64,000 nucleotides of DNA from Octopus vulgaris (taxonomy: Eukaryota). The position numbers were made by a program, and so were the translations under genes. Positions 13,749 through 27,911 of the stretch are shown here, one piece after another; the stretch's first letter is position 1, and every line of letters begins with the position of its first letter. Below the pieces are notes generated by a model. It worked only from the letters and a program-made list of their open reading frames with translations. It did no database searches and was not told the DNA's origin. The DNA lies in contig OX597825.1 of NCBI GenBank assembly GCA_951406725.2, positions 56,420,001 through 56,484,000 of the forward strand, in the 5' to 3' direction.

Positions 13749-14059
13749 ATAATTAAGAAACACACAAAAAGGTCTGTAAAATTCAGCTACCCAGGGTTTC
13801 CTGACCAAAATATTAAATTTATTTCGACATTTCTCAGGCTGATAAAGTCAACAAGTCTGCGTTTGATATAATCGACGTTTGAAGAATCACGTATACTTTG
13901 AAAAAGACAGAAAGTAATCACGGGGTGGTAATTAACTGCACAGCAATTATTGACAGTCTTTTAAGAAAGTTGTAAATGTCACAAACCAAGTCTAGAATGA
14001 GTTATGGTTTGTCCAGTGTTTTGTGTCTAATTCCCGCTAAGATGTATTTTGTAACATGC

Positions 14060-14870
14060 AGTTATTATTAAAATATCTCGTTTATTCAGTCCCAAGAGTT
14101 CCTTAGATGTTTTGAAAGAGAATATATGGAATAATATTTTGAGCCGTTAATATGAGATCTGGTCTTAAAAAGGAACTTCTATTTGATATGGTGTTGACGT
14201 TTGCCTCCTTAAGTCTCCAAATTAATACCGTGAGGGTTATTATGTTTTCTGCTCGAGATGCCTAAAGCTAGAAAGATAGTTGTTTTATTTAGGTTTAAAT
14301 TTCCCATCATGGATCCTATATAGCGTTTGGTCTCTGTCCGGCCGGTGCCGTAGCTTGCTGTTACTTCTGTAATATAAACAATGGAATATATATCGCGTTA
14401 CCAGCCCTAGAGAATATCTAGGTTTATATCTACTGGTGCATCCTGGAATTGTCCGAGTCTTCGGTTGCTTATCGATGTAGTTCTTTACATTATGGGATAG
14501 AAATATGCAATTTTAGTTCAGTCTATTAGATATTTTATCATACCTAAGAGTGAGACTCTTCTGCCTATATTTTTCCTAGCATTTAAGAAGAAACCCAGGT
14601 CGAACCATATGATAATGCGAGATCTATTTTTAAATCTAGATTGTTGAGAAGGCGGAGGAGGATTATCACAGATTTTATCGGTGAAGCTGCTTTCCAGCAA
14701 TGCCTTATTATAAAATGGGGTAGTCTTTTCTAATATTTTTCTAGATGAAACAAGGCATGTGATTCTACGGATAATGTTAGGAATTAAGTTCTTAAATACA
14801 ATATGTGGATAGTAAGAGTTCTTATTTATTTTACATTTTCCTTTATAAGAACTTATCTTGAGTTAATATA
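14060..14870 (-). pseudogene. Decayed Penelope-like element, thumb/linker and GIY-YIG
   Basis: Minus-strand translation gives INKNSYYPHIVFKNLIPNIIRRITCL..FYNKALLESSF..KNRSRIIIWFD..KNIGR, then SIVYITEV...TKRYIGS (GIY/YIG pair). Confidence 0.75.
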
Positions 14871-15475
14871 AATAGAAATTCTAGGTTCTAAAGAACTAAG
14901 AGTGGAAATCAACTACTTGGTGAAGAAATCTATAGTGAAGCCATCACAATTGTGTGATACTGCCGAAGCGTCATTCAGGTATATACCAATGTTGTGGTTG
15001 GGAATTTTTACAATAGATTCTTAATGTGTGTAAACCAACCAAAACACATGTGGCCAAAGAAATGTATATATACATATATACGTATGTACACACACACACA
15101 CATACATAGACATACACATACACACTCATACACACACATACACAGACATATATAATGAACTATTGCAATATGGTTATAATGAATATAATACCTCCATATA
15201 CTTTTTAGCCACATCATATGGTTCTTGTCATTAGAATATGCAACACTACAATGCTATCATACAGCATCATATATCCCTATTCACAATGGAACTGATGGTG
15301 ACGGCGGCGACGGTGGCGACAACGGTGGCGGCGACGGTGGTGGTGACGGTGGAAGCGGTGGTGGCAGTGGTGGTGGAAGCAGCGTCGGTGTGATCATTGT
15401 GGTGAAAGTATTGGTGATAAGCATTATGACAACCATGATGATGATCTTGATTGTGACGATGTTGATTATTATTAC

Positions 15476-15560
<85 letters not shown>

Positions 15561-16097
15561 GAGTGAGAGAGCAGTTCATGCCATCAAAGTGACACTGGGG
15601 TAAAATATACGAAGCCCAATATACCCATGATGACTACCCGTCTGATAAGGGTAACCAGGCACATGCATCACAACCATATGTGCGCGACATGGTGATCTCA
15701 TATCAAGATAAACAGCACATGACCTTGCAGGTGGAGCCCAGTTAGAATTTTCTTCAGGTTGAGTAGCCCATCCAGCTCAAAAGGTCCCTGAATAAGGGTT
15801 GTTTAAGGATGTTGAATGAACCACCCATATTTCCAGAGGTGAATTATTCAAACCCCAAAGAATCCCTCTCAACACATGGCTATGATGCTCCCCCACTACT
15901 TCTGCCCGTGATCAGAGATGCACATATCGTCAGCCACTAAGGGACATGCTCAACTGGTTATGGTCAAAAAACTGACAAGCAAATCTGTGGTATTGAGCAG
16001 AATATTTGCTGTAGCCCATCTTTTATACCAAGACAAAACAATGTACATGATAACACTTCCAATCAGTTAAGATCAGAAGCCATGAGAGCCACTGCCT

Positions 16098-16098
<1 letters not shown>
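15561..16098 (-). mobile_element. About 540-bp non-coding interspersed repeat embedded in (ATT)n; partial second copy at 21990-22175
   Basis: Both flanks are (ATT)n arrays. The segment ttagaattttcttc...aaaaggtccctgaataagg...ggctatgatgctcccccacta...atcagagatgcacatat recurs at about 21990-22175. Strand is inferred from the (AAT)n tail. Confidence 0.65.
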
Positions 16099-16497
<399 letters not shown>

Positions 16498-16879
16498 CAT
16501 AATGATGATGGTCAAGGTTATCATGATGAAGAGAAACACCCATCTTCAAATCGGTTTTTTCAAGGTCCCAAGTTAAAATATTCGTCATGCTCTTTTTCTT
16601 TTGATCATTTTTCATTTTTTATCCATTTGCTTTCTGTTTGATGTGAGAGGGCGGTGCCACAAAAACCAGTGTCATAAAACCAAAGTCACACAAACTAAAG
16701 ATGACTATTGAGTTTACCTTCTGTTTCTTGTGACAGGACATTGTCTCAGAAACTAGTGCCACAAAAATAGAAAGATGACCTTAGTTATCTTTGGTTTGCC
16801 TTCTGTTTCATCTGATGAGGTGATATCACAGAAAAAACTGCGTTTTGACTATACTAGAAACATTTTTAAATGTGTTAGA

Positions 16880-17065
16880 TTAGCAGATCGTTAGAACCTT
16901 GGACAAGATACTTAGCAACATTTCGTTCCGCTTTACGTCCCGAGTTCAAATGCTACCGAAGTGGACTTTGCCTTTAATCATTTCGGAATTGATCAAATAA
17001 GTGCCAGTCAAGAATTACGGCTGATGTAATCGACTAGCCCCCACTTACCAACAAATTTCGGGTTT
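16880..17065 (+). mobile_element. tRNA-derived SINE family A (diverged copy)
   Basis: tagcagatcgttagaac...gagttcaaatgctaccgaagtggactttgcctttaatcatttcggaattgatcaaataagtgccag. Confidence 0.7.
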
Positions 17066-17113
17066 CTTACGAAACACTACGTTTTGAGGTTGTCATGCGC
17101 TGAAAATAGTGCG

Positions 17114-18108
17114 CAGACAATTCGGCGACAGACAATTCGCCGACAGACATTCGCCAACAGACAATTCGCCGATTGGACAGTTGGCTTATTGGACAATAAG
17201 TCGACATGCAAAAATATCAACCATGATGAACTGATGAAAGGAACGAGGAGACAGAAAGATTCTATACAAATGGTACGCCTATATTATTGATAGAACCAGG
17301 AAAGAAAAGACTTACTGGAGATGCGTAAGCTTTTCAGTGACAGACTGACAACGAGTGATGATGAAATTAGCACAACTCTTTCTGAACACGTACATCCACC
17401 AACGCCGATTGAAAATCACGCTGCAAAAGTTAAAGAAGAAATAAAGTTTCTTGCTGAATGAGCTGAACAATTACCGAGCTCTATAGGTGAAACTGTAGCT
17501 TCGGATATATCCTTGAGCGTTACTGGATGTTCACCGAAAATGGAATCTCTTAAACGTACAGTGCGACAGAAAAGAGCAGTTGTTAATGAGAGTGGATTGT
17601 ATAAAATGTCAAGAGGTGATAATTTTTTTACTATATAGAAATGATGAGGTTTCTATGTTTGGCACTGTGAAAAAGTTAGAAATTTTAGCCAAGAAAAGTG
17701 AGTGGTTTTGTGACGGAACGTTTGACTGCGCTCCTTTAGGTAAGGGATTATACACTATCCATGACTAATTTGGAAAAGCAAAAAGTACATTCACCTTAAG
17801 GAAAGACTTAAAACCATTGTTCTTAATTGCGACGATGAAACTGGGTTGAAATTTTTAAGGGCATGTGCCCATAATTGTGATTTTTTTATTTCTATTTGTA
17901 AGACTAACAAAACTTTTTGTTCTTTTTTCATATGTTCACCTATTGTACGTAATATTTTGTAAATAAATTGTTTTATTTGTAAGTCTAATCAAACTTTTTC
18001 GTAATATTTACTTTGTTTAAAAAAAATTTCGACATAGGGTCCTTTCGGCAAATTTTCCAGTCGGTCAATTGTCCTGTCTGTAAGTTGTCTGTCGGCCAAC
18101 TGTCTGTC
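17114..18108 (+). mobile_element. Decayed Mutator-like (FLYWCH-MULE) DNA transposon with repeated subterminal motifs
   Basis: Left end has tandem agacaattcgccgac units and right end has inverted tcggncaantgtc units. Internal remnants translate to KEKTYWRC (FLYWCH) and EWFCDGTFDCAPLGKGLYTIH (MULE catalytic motif). Confidence 0.75.
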
Positions 18109-19705
18109 TACCGCGGAAATTATGGGTAACAACCGATGTTATTTTCCCACTCCCTGCAGGTATTTTTTGATGTGGAGATAAGTTACAGTGGGTGAGATGG
18201 GAGTGTTGTGAAAACCTGCATTTTCATTTCTGATAAAACATTGAAGAAAGAATTGTAAGTGAGAGGAGTTAACTTTCTCAAAAGACCACTAATGAGGCAT
18301 GGGAAGTAATTGGCTTGACCCGAGAATCGAAACTGCATCATAAAATCAATTCGTGTTGAGTGAATCTAATTATTCAGTACTGTGCCTTTACGCTATCATA
18401 TGACTCCTGGGCAACGTTATAGGGTACATTGGAGTATAAAGTTATGTCTTCAGTTTAAGGATAACATGTTCCCTTCTTTTTATGTCATATTCTCTAAACG
18501 GGATCGACATATAGCCTTTACAAAACAATGAAATGAAACAGCATTAAAATTTCTAAGATTAAACACAGAGAATAATCGTGATTAGCGATCTGAATTGCTC
18601 CAAACTTTCTCCAACATGAACATGAACTAATCAGTATTCTCCCCAAAGACATATTCGATTATGATGCCTCGCTGTTACTATGATTCAAGATTCTGCGTCG
18701 ACATTCCAGAAGATAACGCAGCTTGTTTGTTCTAATTGTCAGTTTGCAATACATTGTTAGATTTTAATAACAGTTTAACTTTGAAACAAACAAACAAAAC
18801 ACAAACACCTAATTAAAAAGTCAGCCGATTTCGTCTTTCACTGTTTTATTATATTTTTTTATTTTGTTTTATTTTTGGAGTTTCTGTATTCGTTGTAGCT
18901 GTTTCTCGAACAAATTAGTATGTTTAGTTTCATACCTTGAGTTTTATTAAACAGGAAATTGACGTCATACAAATGTAAGATGTCAACAGCAATTTTCACA
19001 TCTTTCAACTTTCTTTAATGATAACTTTGTCGTGGTGAACATCTCCTTTTTTTAATCTCAAAATTCAGTTAACCATATCGTTAAATCACTAATTTTCTTG
19101 GTATAAACATCCTGTTATCAGTATGTTTTTACATTGTTTTTGTTTTTTGTTTGTTTTTATTGAGAAGAAACAGCGCCCATAGTCCTTGTCTGCAATCCTA
19201 AATTACTGAAATTAATATGGTTAATTTATGTTCGCCTAATACACAGGTACGTTAACGTCTGTAGGAAAACGTTGGTCATGAAGAGGTTTCTGGACTACTG
19301 TAACGCTAAGAAATAATGAAATCATAGGCTTAGAGTGATGGAAGCAAGGAAGCAATGTCGAAAGCTAGAGAATGTGCCTACACGGTGTTGCTATGGTTAA
19401 CTGCAGTGCGAGTTTCAGGAGAGATCTAAAGATTAAACAGAAAATAAGCGAGTTAGTGGCTGTAGTTTATTGGTGAGTCTTTACTAATCAACTAGACAGT
19501 GTTTTATTTTATGCGGTTTACGATATATGCTTATATCTAATGGCTGGCAGTCAAAAGTATTTTGATATTACTCCAATGTAGGCTAACAAATGATTAAAGA
19601 TAAAACAACATCTGAACCAGAAGACTAGCGTTTTATGCTCAACAACACCGACATAATAAATAAATAAGACAGACAGAAAGGTATACATACACACAAGCAC
19701 ACACA

Positions 19706-19749
<44 letters not shown>

Positions 19750-20091
19750 TGTACATACATACACAAAAAAACATACATATATACATACATAATACATACA
19801 TACATACATACATACATACATACATACATACATACATACATACATACATACATACATACATACGTACGTACGTATATCTATATATTATTGGGTGACATAA
19901 GCAGTAAGTAGTCAGACTTTTTCAGTATAATATCTGATTTTTTTTTTCTTTTCCTGTTTCATTATATATTCCATAGGACCTATAAGCACAATGCCCTTTT
20001 TCCCTTCCAGGAGGTTCAATAGATTGATGCTCAATAGAACATTAGCGTATATTCAATCATTTATATATACACTCACATGCACACACACACA

Positions 20092-21356
20092 CAGGTTACA
20101 ATGGATAAATTGTGGCCATTTTATGTTTTCAATTTCGGTTATGGGCATTGTTTGATTTTGATTTTGTCAACTATAAAGTATTCTAGGGTCAGTTAGGGCA
20201 CCGACTGTGAGAGAAAACAGCACCATGACGCAATTCACTCCGCCAGAAATTTGGAAACGACATGCTGTACTGCTTGATATTCGCGCCGAAAGCTCCAATA
20301 TGAACGTTTCAGTGTTGGGCTGTCAATCTGAGGACAGTGCAGAGGACTCGGAAAGAGTTGGATCAGTCTAATGGTGATTACGAAGGCACGGCAACTCGCA
20401 AAACTCACTCTTATTGGTCTGATAAGAACAGAACTCCTGAGTTTGTTGGTGAGATCCAGACCATGATTGACAGGATTCCATCCAAGTCAATCAGGTCCAT
20501 TGCCAGGGACATGGGAGTGTTTGAGTTACTTATTATGCAATTAGCACGTGAAGACATTTGGTATTCCTCATACAAGATGAGAAAGGGTCAATTTTTATCA
20601 AAAGCTATCGAGAATAAGAGGAAAGACCGCGCTACGAAGCTTTTAAACAAACTCAAGCATCCCCACCAACCGAACATGCTTTGGTTTTTCTCAGACGAGA
20701 ATAGTTTCTGCCAGAATCAGATGGTGAACACACTGAACAACCGATGGCTTGCCGTTTCCCCAAAACATGTACCGAGAATGATAAATTTCAATCAGTCAGT
20801 CACATCATGGCGTTTGGAGTGATCATTAGTGATAAGGACGTTATGCCTCCATTAATCTTCCCACATGGCTTCAGATTCGACCCAGAAGCCTAGAGAAGTA
20901 AGTGCTACCCTGAGTCAAGAGGGTTGCTGCTGGAAGAACGTATGTCTGGCATACCAGCAGGAGAAGACAGTCATGGCTGTCAGACAATTTCTGCGACCAC
21001 TTAACCCCTAACATCTGTCGACCTAACTCCCCAGACTGCAACCTTTTTGATTATAATGTGCGGGGCGCAGTTGAGCAAGAGACCAAGTAAACTCCTTCAA
21101 ATACTAAATATGAACTGAAGACAAGGATTATGGCAGCATTCCCTAACTTAAATAAGGAAACCATCCAGAAGAGTTGCAGGAGAGTTCCGAAATCGTCTGG
21201 AGTCCGTGGGGCAAGCCAATGACTATTTTATTGAATAAATTTACTCTTAGTATTTCAAAATATTTTAATGTAATTTGGGCAAATATATCTGTTAAAATGA
21301 GATGTCAGTATTATTTTCGTTTTTGCGTAATTTAGACTATAATTCGCCGCACCCTG
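20092..21356 (+). mobile_element. IS630/Tc1/mariner element (maT/DD37D-like), near full length, transposase disrupted
   Basis: ORF 20337-20822 has PSKSIRSIARDMGV (HTH) and WFFSDENSF. Downstream the remnant .PNSPDCNLFDY.V.GAVE follows. Ends cagg...ccctg match the copy at 28497-29361. Confidence 0.85.
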
Positions 21357-21483
21357 GAGCACCCCCTTTAGTCGACCACATCGACCCCAGGAAATATTCT
21401 TTGTAAGTCTAGTACTTATTCTATCGTTCTCTTTTGCTGAACCGCGACTTTTCGGGGACGTATGTTAGTGTTATGGCGCAGCG

Positions 21484-21553
21484 CGGTCACTGATGAGAAT
21501 TTCGTCTAGAAATTATTTCATTTGCTAAAAAATTTGAAACCTTGGTTTGACCG
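21484..21553 (+). ncRNA. Type I hammerhead ribozyme motif, intact core
   Basis: cggtca-CTGATGA-gaattt...aaattt-GAAA-cc(tt)gg-TT-tgaccg. 6-bp stem I, GUU triplet. Confidence 0.8.
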
Positions 21554-22186
21554 GAATAAAATAACAAGGTAAAAGTTTTTAACTTACATTCTTTTTAGAT
21601 TTTGTTCTTAAATGTGGTTTTGGTCGTTTTGACTACTTCTTCGAGCGTGTAAAACTGCCTATATAATGTGTTTAAAAGTACATTATATATATATATATAT
21701 AATAAATATATGCATGTATGTATGTACATATATATATGTATGTATGTATGTATGTAGATATAATGTAATATATATATATAAACATACACTTACACAGACA
21801 CGTACGCTCACACATACAAAGATACACACACACACACACATATATATACATATACATACATATTTACATATACGTACAGTTCTACATTTAAGAGATGAGT
21901 AATTATGTGCATTATTTACATTATTTACAATTGACGGATATTTGTCATTTGTTTAGGATTTGGCATTTTGTTTGTTGCAAGAGAGGCCCACTTAGAATTT
22001 TCTTCTGGTCGAGTAGCCCATCCCGCTCAAAAGGTCCCTGAATAAGGATTGTTTAAAGATGTTGAACGAACCACCCGTGTTTCCAAATGTGAATTATCCA
22101 AACCTCTAAGAATTCCTGTCAACATACGGCTATGATGCTCCCCCACTATTTCTTCTCATGATCAGAGATGCACATATATATGTGTG

Positions 22187-22372
22187 CCATGATAGATCGT
22201 TAGCCACTACACACATTTTTTTCTCTCCTTGTTTTTTCTGTGTACCTTTCTGTAGAAGAGCGTAGGCTCGAAATGTTAAAGACTTTTCTATTCCTGAGCG
22301 CTATACTAATACATCTGCTTGTTTGTACACCACCTGCCTTCATCTTTTGTTTATTTTCGTAAACTTTCCCTT
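22187..22372 (+). mobile_element. About 185-bp repeat (family B) carrying an HHR-like motif with CUGUNGA core (22246-22281)
   Basis: cttt-CTGTAGA-a-gagc(gtag)gctc-GAAA-tg-TT-aaag. The same repeat occurs at 30836-31036 (-) and 50289-50470 (+), with a relative at 25205-25365 (-). Confidence 0.75.
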
Positions 22373-22430
22373 TATATATATATAATATAATATATAATAA
22401 ATACATGTATGTGTGCATGTATTTATGTAT

Positions 22431-22530
22431 NNNNNNNNNNNNNNNNNNNNNNNNNNNNNNNNNNNNNNNNNNNNNNNNNNNNNNNNNNNNNNNNNNNNNN
22501 NNNNNNNNNNNNNNNNNNNNNNNNNNNNNN
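22431..22530. other. Assembly gap (100 N)
   Basis: Run of n. Confidence 1.
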
Positions 22531-22610
22531 GTATGTAGATATAAAGTAATATATATACACATACACTTACACAGACACGCACGCTCACACATACAAAGAC
22601 ACACACACAG

Positions 22611-22643
<33 letters not shown>

Positions 22644-22699
22644 CATACATACATATATACATATACGTACAGTTCTATGTTTAAGAGATGAGGAATTAT

Positions 22700-22849
22700 G
22701 TACATTATTTACATTATTTACTATTGACGGATATTTGTCATTTTATTTGTTGTTAACACAACGTTTTGGCTGATATACCCTCCAGCCTTCATCATGTGTT
22801 CAAGGGAAATTTCGAACCTGGGTTCCCATTCCTAAGGTATTTTTCGATC

Positions 22850-22933
<84 letters not shown>

Positions 22934-23004
22934 TCAGTGTCTGGAATCGAACTTGGAATCTTGGGGTTAGTAGTCCGCGCTCTTAACCACTACGCCATAT
23001 GCCC
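22700..23004 (-). mobile_element. tRNA-headed SINE-like element with internal (AAT)n and HHR-like motif (22755-22800)
   Basis: 5' gggcataTGGCGTAGTGGttaagagcgcggactactaaccccaagattccaaGTTCGATTCCag (A and B boxes), then (AAT)n, then aacac-ATGATGA-a-ggctg...cagcc-AAAA-cg-TT-gtgtt. Confidence 0.8.
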
Positions 23005-23005
23005 G

Positions 23006-23352
<347 letters not shown>

Positions 23353-23376
23353 CATATAAGTGTATATATACATATG

Positions 23377-23426
<50 letters not shown>

Positions 23427-23428
23427 CA

Positions 23429-23462
<34 letters not shown>

Positions 23463-23472
23463 CATACATACA

Positions 23473-23506
<34 letters not shown>

Positions 23507-23636
23507 AGTATATCTCTTCATGCACACGTATATATAGAGAGAAAGAGAGCCAGATGAATGGATACATGGACAGGCAGAGAGACAAACAGATAGATAGATT
23601 GATAGGGTGCGAGAGAGAGATCATAAATGTATGTAC

Positions 23637-23784
<148 letters not shown>

Positions 23785-24783
23785 ATGTGTGTGTATGTAT
23801 GTATACATACATACATACATATGTATTTATGCATACAAATATATATGTGTTTATGTATTAATGTTATACTGTAAAATCCAAAACAAAGGACAATGTTTGC
23901 TAAGAAATACCAGAAATTTTATATGATATTTCAGCCGCACAAACGGCTCTAATCATGATTAGAACAAACCTTAGTCATAAACTCAATCTATTACAGGAAA
24001 CCAACTGTAAAATGAAAACATCACATAAAAACGTGGTTATGAGAGAACATTGAGCTGTAAACGTTACATTCAAACAGACTAATAATGAAAATCATGTGCC
24101 GGCTGATGGCAAGCTCTGGTTTATGGTGTTTGCTGAAGAATGAGTCTTTAGTGCTTGAGCGCCATAAAATTCAATAGGTTTGTCTTTGCCGCAGACAAGG
24201 GAATTCTAAAGTTTTAAGTTCATCTAATATAGCTTTACTCATTTCAGTTCCGACGAAGGAACCCAACTTGAAACGTAACAATTCACCTCTCTTCACGCAG
24301 ACTTCTTTCTCCGAAGTCGAGAACAAGTAACTTTTGCTGATGGATCTTATTACTTGTCTTCTTGATATAGGGTTTAAATTACGTTTACTCCAGCAGTCAT
24401 TCAACACCACTGTGGCCTTCCTGTGACACCGTTATTGTAGCTACATTCAGTATGATACATTTCATAATAGCAAATCATTTCTCTGCGTTGTTAATCCATT
24501 TCGGTCATTGTGCACAATTTGTCCACATCCTCTTTTTGCTCATTCAATTGATATTCCTTGGAAGAATGCCCGGAGTTGGCTGGTTATATATATCCAACCC
24601 TTTCTTTACAAGCCGTGAATTAAACTGAGATAAGTACTTATTTATTTAAGGGCATTCTTTTCAGGAAAAAAATCAATGTAGGTTGACATTCTTACTTTCT
24701 GAAAATCCTTTAGCATCGTTGCCTCCTTGAGTAATCGTTCGGTCATATAACACATTGGAACCATATATTTATTTATTTATTTA

Positions 24784-24854
<71 letters not shown>

Positions 24855-24859
24855 AGACA

Positions 24860-25030
24860 TACGACAGGCTTCTTTCAGTTTCCGTCTACCAAATCTACTC
24901 ACAAGGCTTTGGTTGGCCCCGGGGCTATAGTAGAAGACACTTCGAGACACAAATGTTCACGTAGTGGGACTGAACCTGTAACCATGTGGTTGAAAACGAA
25001 GCTTCTTGCCACACAGCCATGCCTGTTCCT
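24860..25030 (-). mobile_element. tRNA-derived SINE family C (CORE-SINE-like, resembles octopus OR-type SINE)
   Basis: Minus strand: ggcatggctgtgtggcaagaagc...ggttcagtcccac...tgtcttctactatagccccggggccaaccaaagccttgtgagtagatttggtagacggaaactgaaagaagcc. Other copies at 35448, 42695 and 48450. Confidence 0.8.
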
Positions 25031-25092
25031 ATATGTTTGTCCATGTATGTATATATGTATACATATACATATATATATACACACACACACAC

Positions 25093-25142
<50 letters not shown>

Positions 25143-25204
25143 ATATACACACGCACACACACACATATATATATATATAATACATAGAAATATATAGCTG
25201 AAAT

Positions 25205-25365
25205 TTAGAGAAAAACAAAAGACGAAGACTGGTGTATGAACAACAAGCAGGGAAAGTGAGAAAGACCTTTACATTTCGAGCCTACGCTCTTCAACAGAAA
25301 GAAATAAAAGAAAATAAACACAGAGAGAATAAAAAAACTCGTGGATTTAGCGATCAAGCATGGTG
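25205..25365 (-). mobile_element. Relative of repeat family B with HHR-like motif (25266-25301)
   Basis: cttt-CTGTTGA-a-gagc(gtag)gctc-GAAA-tg-TA-aagg. Confidence 0.65.
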
Positions 25366-25375
25366 ACTGGTATAT

Positions 25376-25415
<40 letters not shown>

Positions 25416-25847
25416 ACATACATGTATATATAGATATTCGTAGTTTGGTCAAAAATAATCTTAGGGTGTTAGAATTTTAGCTGTTTGTGCGGTCTCTTTC
25501 AACCCATTTTTACGGGGTATGTTGATTAAATTGTAGATTCTTGTTATACAGAATCTACAAAACTGAAAATACTTTAAACACAGACGGTCTTTGACCTTCC
25601 AAAGTGTAAACAAATCTTATCATATATACACGTATTAATAGAGCAGCCGCAGTATCTATTATAATTCAGTTACTGCTGTTGGTGCTACTAATACTAATAC
25701 TAATACTAATGCTACTAGTACTGCACACATACATACTTACATACACACACAGGTACATGCATACATATATGCCTACGTACATACATATATACATACTTAT
25801 ATGAAGTAAAAGCACCGTAAAGGCACAAAACATATATATATATATAT

Positions 25848-25893
<46 letters not shown>

Positions 25894-26179
25894 CAAAGAA
25901 GCAAACAAACAACGAAGCAAACATTGTCGCCCGATATCCATATCATGAAAATTTGACAAACCTTCAATCGGCAAAAGTCTGGATTTAAGTACCTTCTTCA
26001 CGCCGTTTTGAGTATCTATCAATATATCTATCTAACTATCTACCCACCTAACTGTCTATTGGTGTATCTATCCATTTATCTAGCTACGTATCGGTTTATC
26101 GATCTATCAGTTTATCGAACTAACCATCAATAGTTACATACACGTCTCCGCAACACCAAACTAACAAATTGCGTATTAT

Positions 26180-26769
26180 TTGCTTTTAAACATTGACAAT
26201 ATATCTGCAACGTGGATAGCCTTCTAGTTCGTGCTTTATAGTAGCTTACCTTTCGACTTAGTTTAGAACATGGTTGAGTCCATAAAAATAGGATTTGACT
26301 ACACCTCCATTTAGAGCACAGTTTAAGCTATCTTTTCGTGGAAGAAGGTTTATATTCCTATAACCTGTGTTAATTCTGTAACCCTTTATAATGGAAGACA
26401 CGAAAGTTCATCTTCGGCACTTGATGCTTTGGGAAACAGACAAAAATTGCTGCAGCTCGGCTGGGATGTGTTACCCCACCCTCCATATTCACCAGATATT
26501 TCTCCTTCGGATTTCCACTTATTCAGGTCTCTGCAGAATAGTCTTAATGGTAAAAATTTCAATTCCTTGGATGACGTAAAAAGATACCTTGATGAATTCT
26601 TTGCCACGAAACCACCTCAATTCTGGGAAGAGGGTATTTTCAAGCCAAAGATGGAGCCGCATTGTGCAACAAAATGGTTTATATTTGGTTGATTAAAAAT
26701 GTAATGGCAAGTATTTATTGACCTTTTTCTTTCCTTTAAAAATCGGCACGAACTTTCCGGACAACCCAA
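26180..26769 (+). mobile_element. Internally deleted mariner (DD34D-type) element
   Basis: N-terminus MEDTKVHLRHLMLWE is fused directly to the C-terminal RQKLLQLGWDVLPHPPYSPDISPSDFHLFRSLQN. The 3' TIR-like end aaaatcggcacgaactttccggacaacccaa is followed by TA. The left boundary is uncertain. Confidence 0.85.
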
Positions 26770-26795
26770 TATAATTCTCCCTGGTGTTTTCAAAC

Positions 26796-26850
<55 letters not shown>

Positions 26851-26851
26851 C

Positions 26852-26889
<38 letters not shown>

Positions 26890-27244
26890 ATCTATCTATC
26901 TATTTATCTTTTCTTCTCTCTGGTGGTGCCATCATACCAATATTTATTCTACGGATATCAGATTTTTATAACATGAAACTATATACTATTCATCAAAAAA
27001 AAACCTGAGCGTCTGCAATGATTATGGAAACAAGCTTTTTCTCAAATTCTTCATACCTTTCTACATTTACAATTTTATTGCTTCCAGCTAGTTGAGTGAA
27101 GGCATACTGGAGTACCAGAGTCATGGTTAGAATCTAGATGGTAGGCAGGATAATAATACGAAGAATATTTTAGTTACGTAAGCCAAATATGTGGGAAATG
27201 TATATATATATATATGTATATATATATATACCATGATGTGGGAA

Positions 27245-27285
<41 letters not shown>

Positions 27286-27413
27286 ATGATGTTTTTCATT
27301 GTCCCCATGCACATATGTATGTATATATGAAGATACACACGCACACACACACACACACACACACAAGTAAATAAGATGATAAATGAATAAAGAATAATTT
27401 TATGAAATTCATT

Positions 27414-27494
27414 AGCTTACAGATGTTTCTGCAATTAGATGGACTGGTCTCATGACTGAGTGTATGTGTAACACCTTATTGATTCATCGGAGCC
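27414..27494 (-). ncRNA. Type I hammerhead-like motif with CCGAUGA core
   Basis: ggct-CCGATGA-a-tcaataaggtg...catctaattgc-a-GAAA-catctg-TA-agct. An inverted partial copy tcgaggccCCGATGAagc lies at about 27517-27534. Confidence 0.6.
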
Positions 27495-27611
27495 TCGATT
27501 ATGAAGTACAGTACATTCGAGGCCCCGATGAAGCTATATATATATATATACTGGAGTAAACACGTAAATGTGAAACAAGGTGGAAAAAAAGAGTACTCAA
27601 ATACCACAGGT

Positions 27612-27677
27612 AGAGTACAATGCTTTATTTAAAGCAGCAGAAAATTCAACAATTTTGTTTCTGCTGCTTTAAATAAA

Positions 27678-27680
<3 letters not shown>
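27612..27680. repeat. Short foldback at the end of a truncated repeat
   Basis: ctttatttaaagcagcagaaa pairs with tttctgctgctttaaataaag. Confidence 0.8.
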
Positions 27681-27761
<81 letters not shown>

Positions 27762-27782
27762 GTGTATATATGTGTATATATA

Positions 27783-27816
<34 letters not shown>

Positions 27817-27849
27817 CATGCGACGGGTCTCTATCAGTTAGGGTCTACC

Positions 27850-27911
<62 letters not shown>

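Noticed and set aside
15290-15390. Gly/Asp-rich ORF 15225-15566
   Set aside because: Degenerate (GGT/GGC/GAC)n trinucleotide repeat grading into (GAT)n and (ATT)n.
16808-16850. CTGATGA-ggtgatatcaca-GAAA resembling an HHR core
   Set aside because: Stem I does not pair, the would-be triplet ends in G, and it sits in a degenerate tandem repeat whose other units lack the core.
17114-17200. Short regularly repeated units suggestive of CRISPR
   Set aside because: 15-bp units without unique spacers; they are subterminal repeats of the MULE relic in a eukaryotic genome.
22928-23004. Possible genuine tRNA gene
   Set aside because: Acceptor and T stems pair poorly and it is embedded in a duplicated larger repeat; treated as a SINE head.
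23920-23965. Minus-strand agccg/cggct hairpin followed by GAAA
   Set aside because: Core has two mismatches and stem I does not pair.
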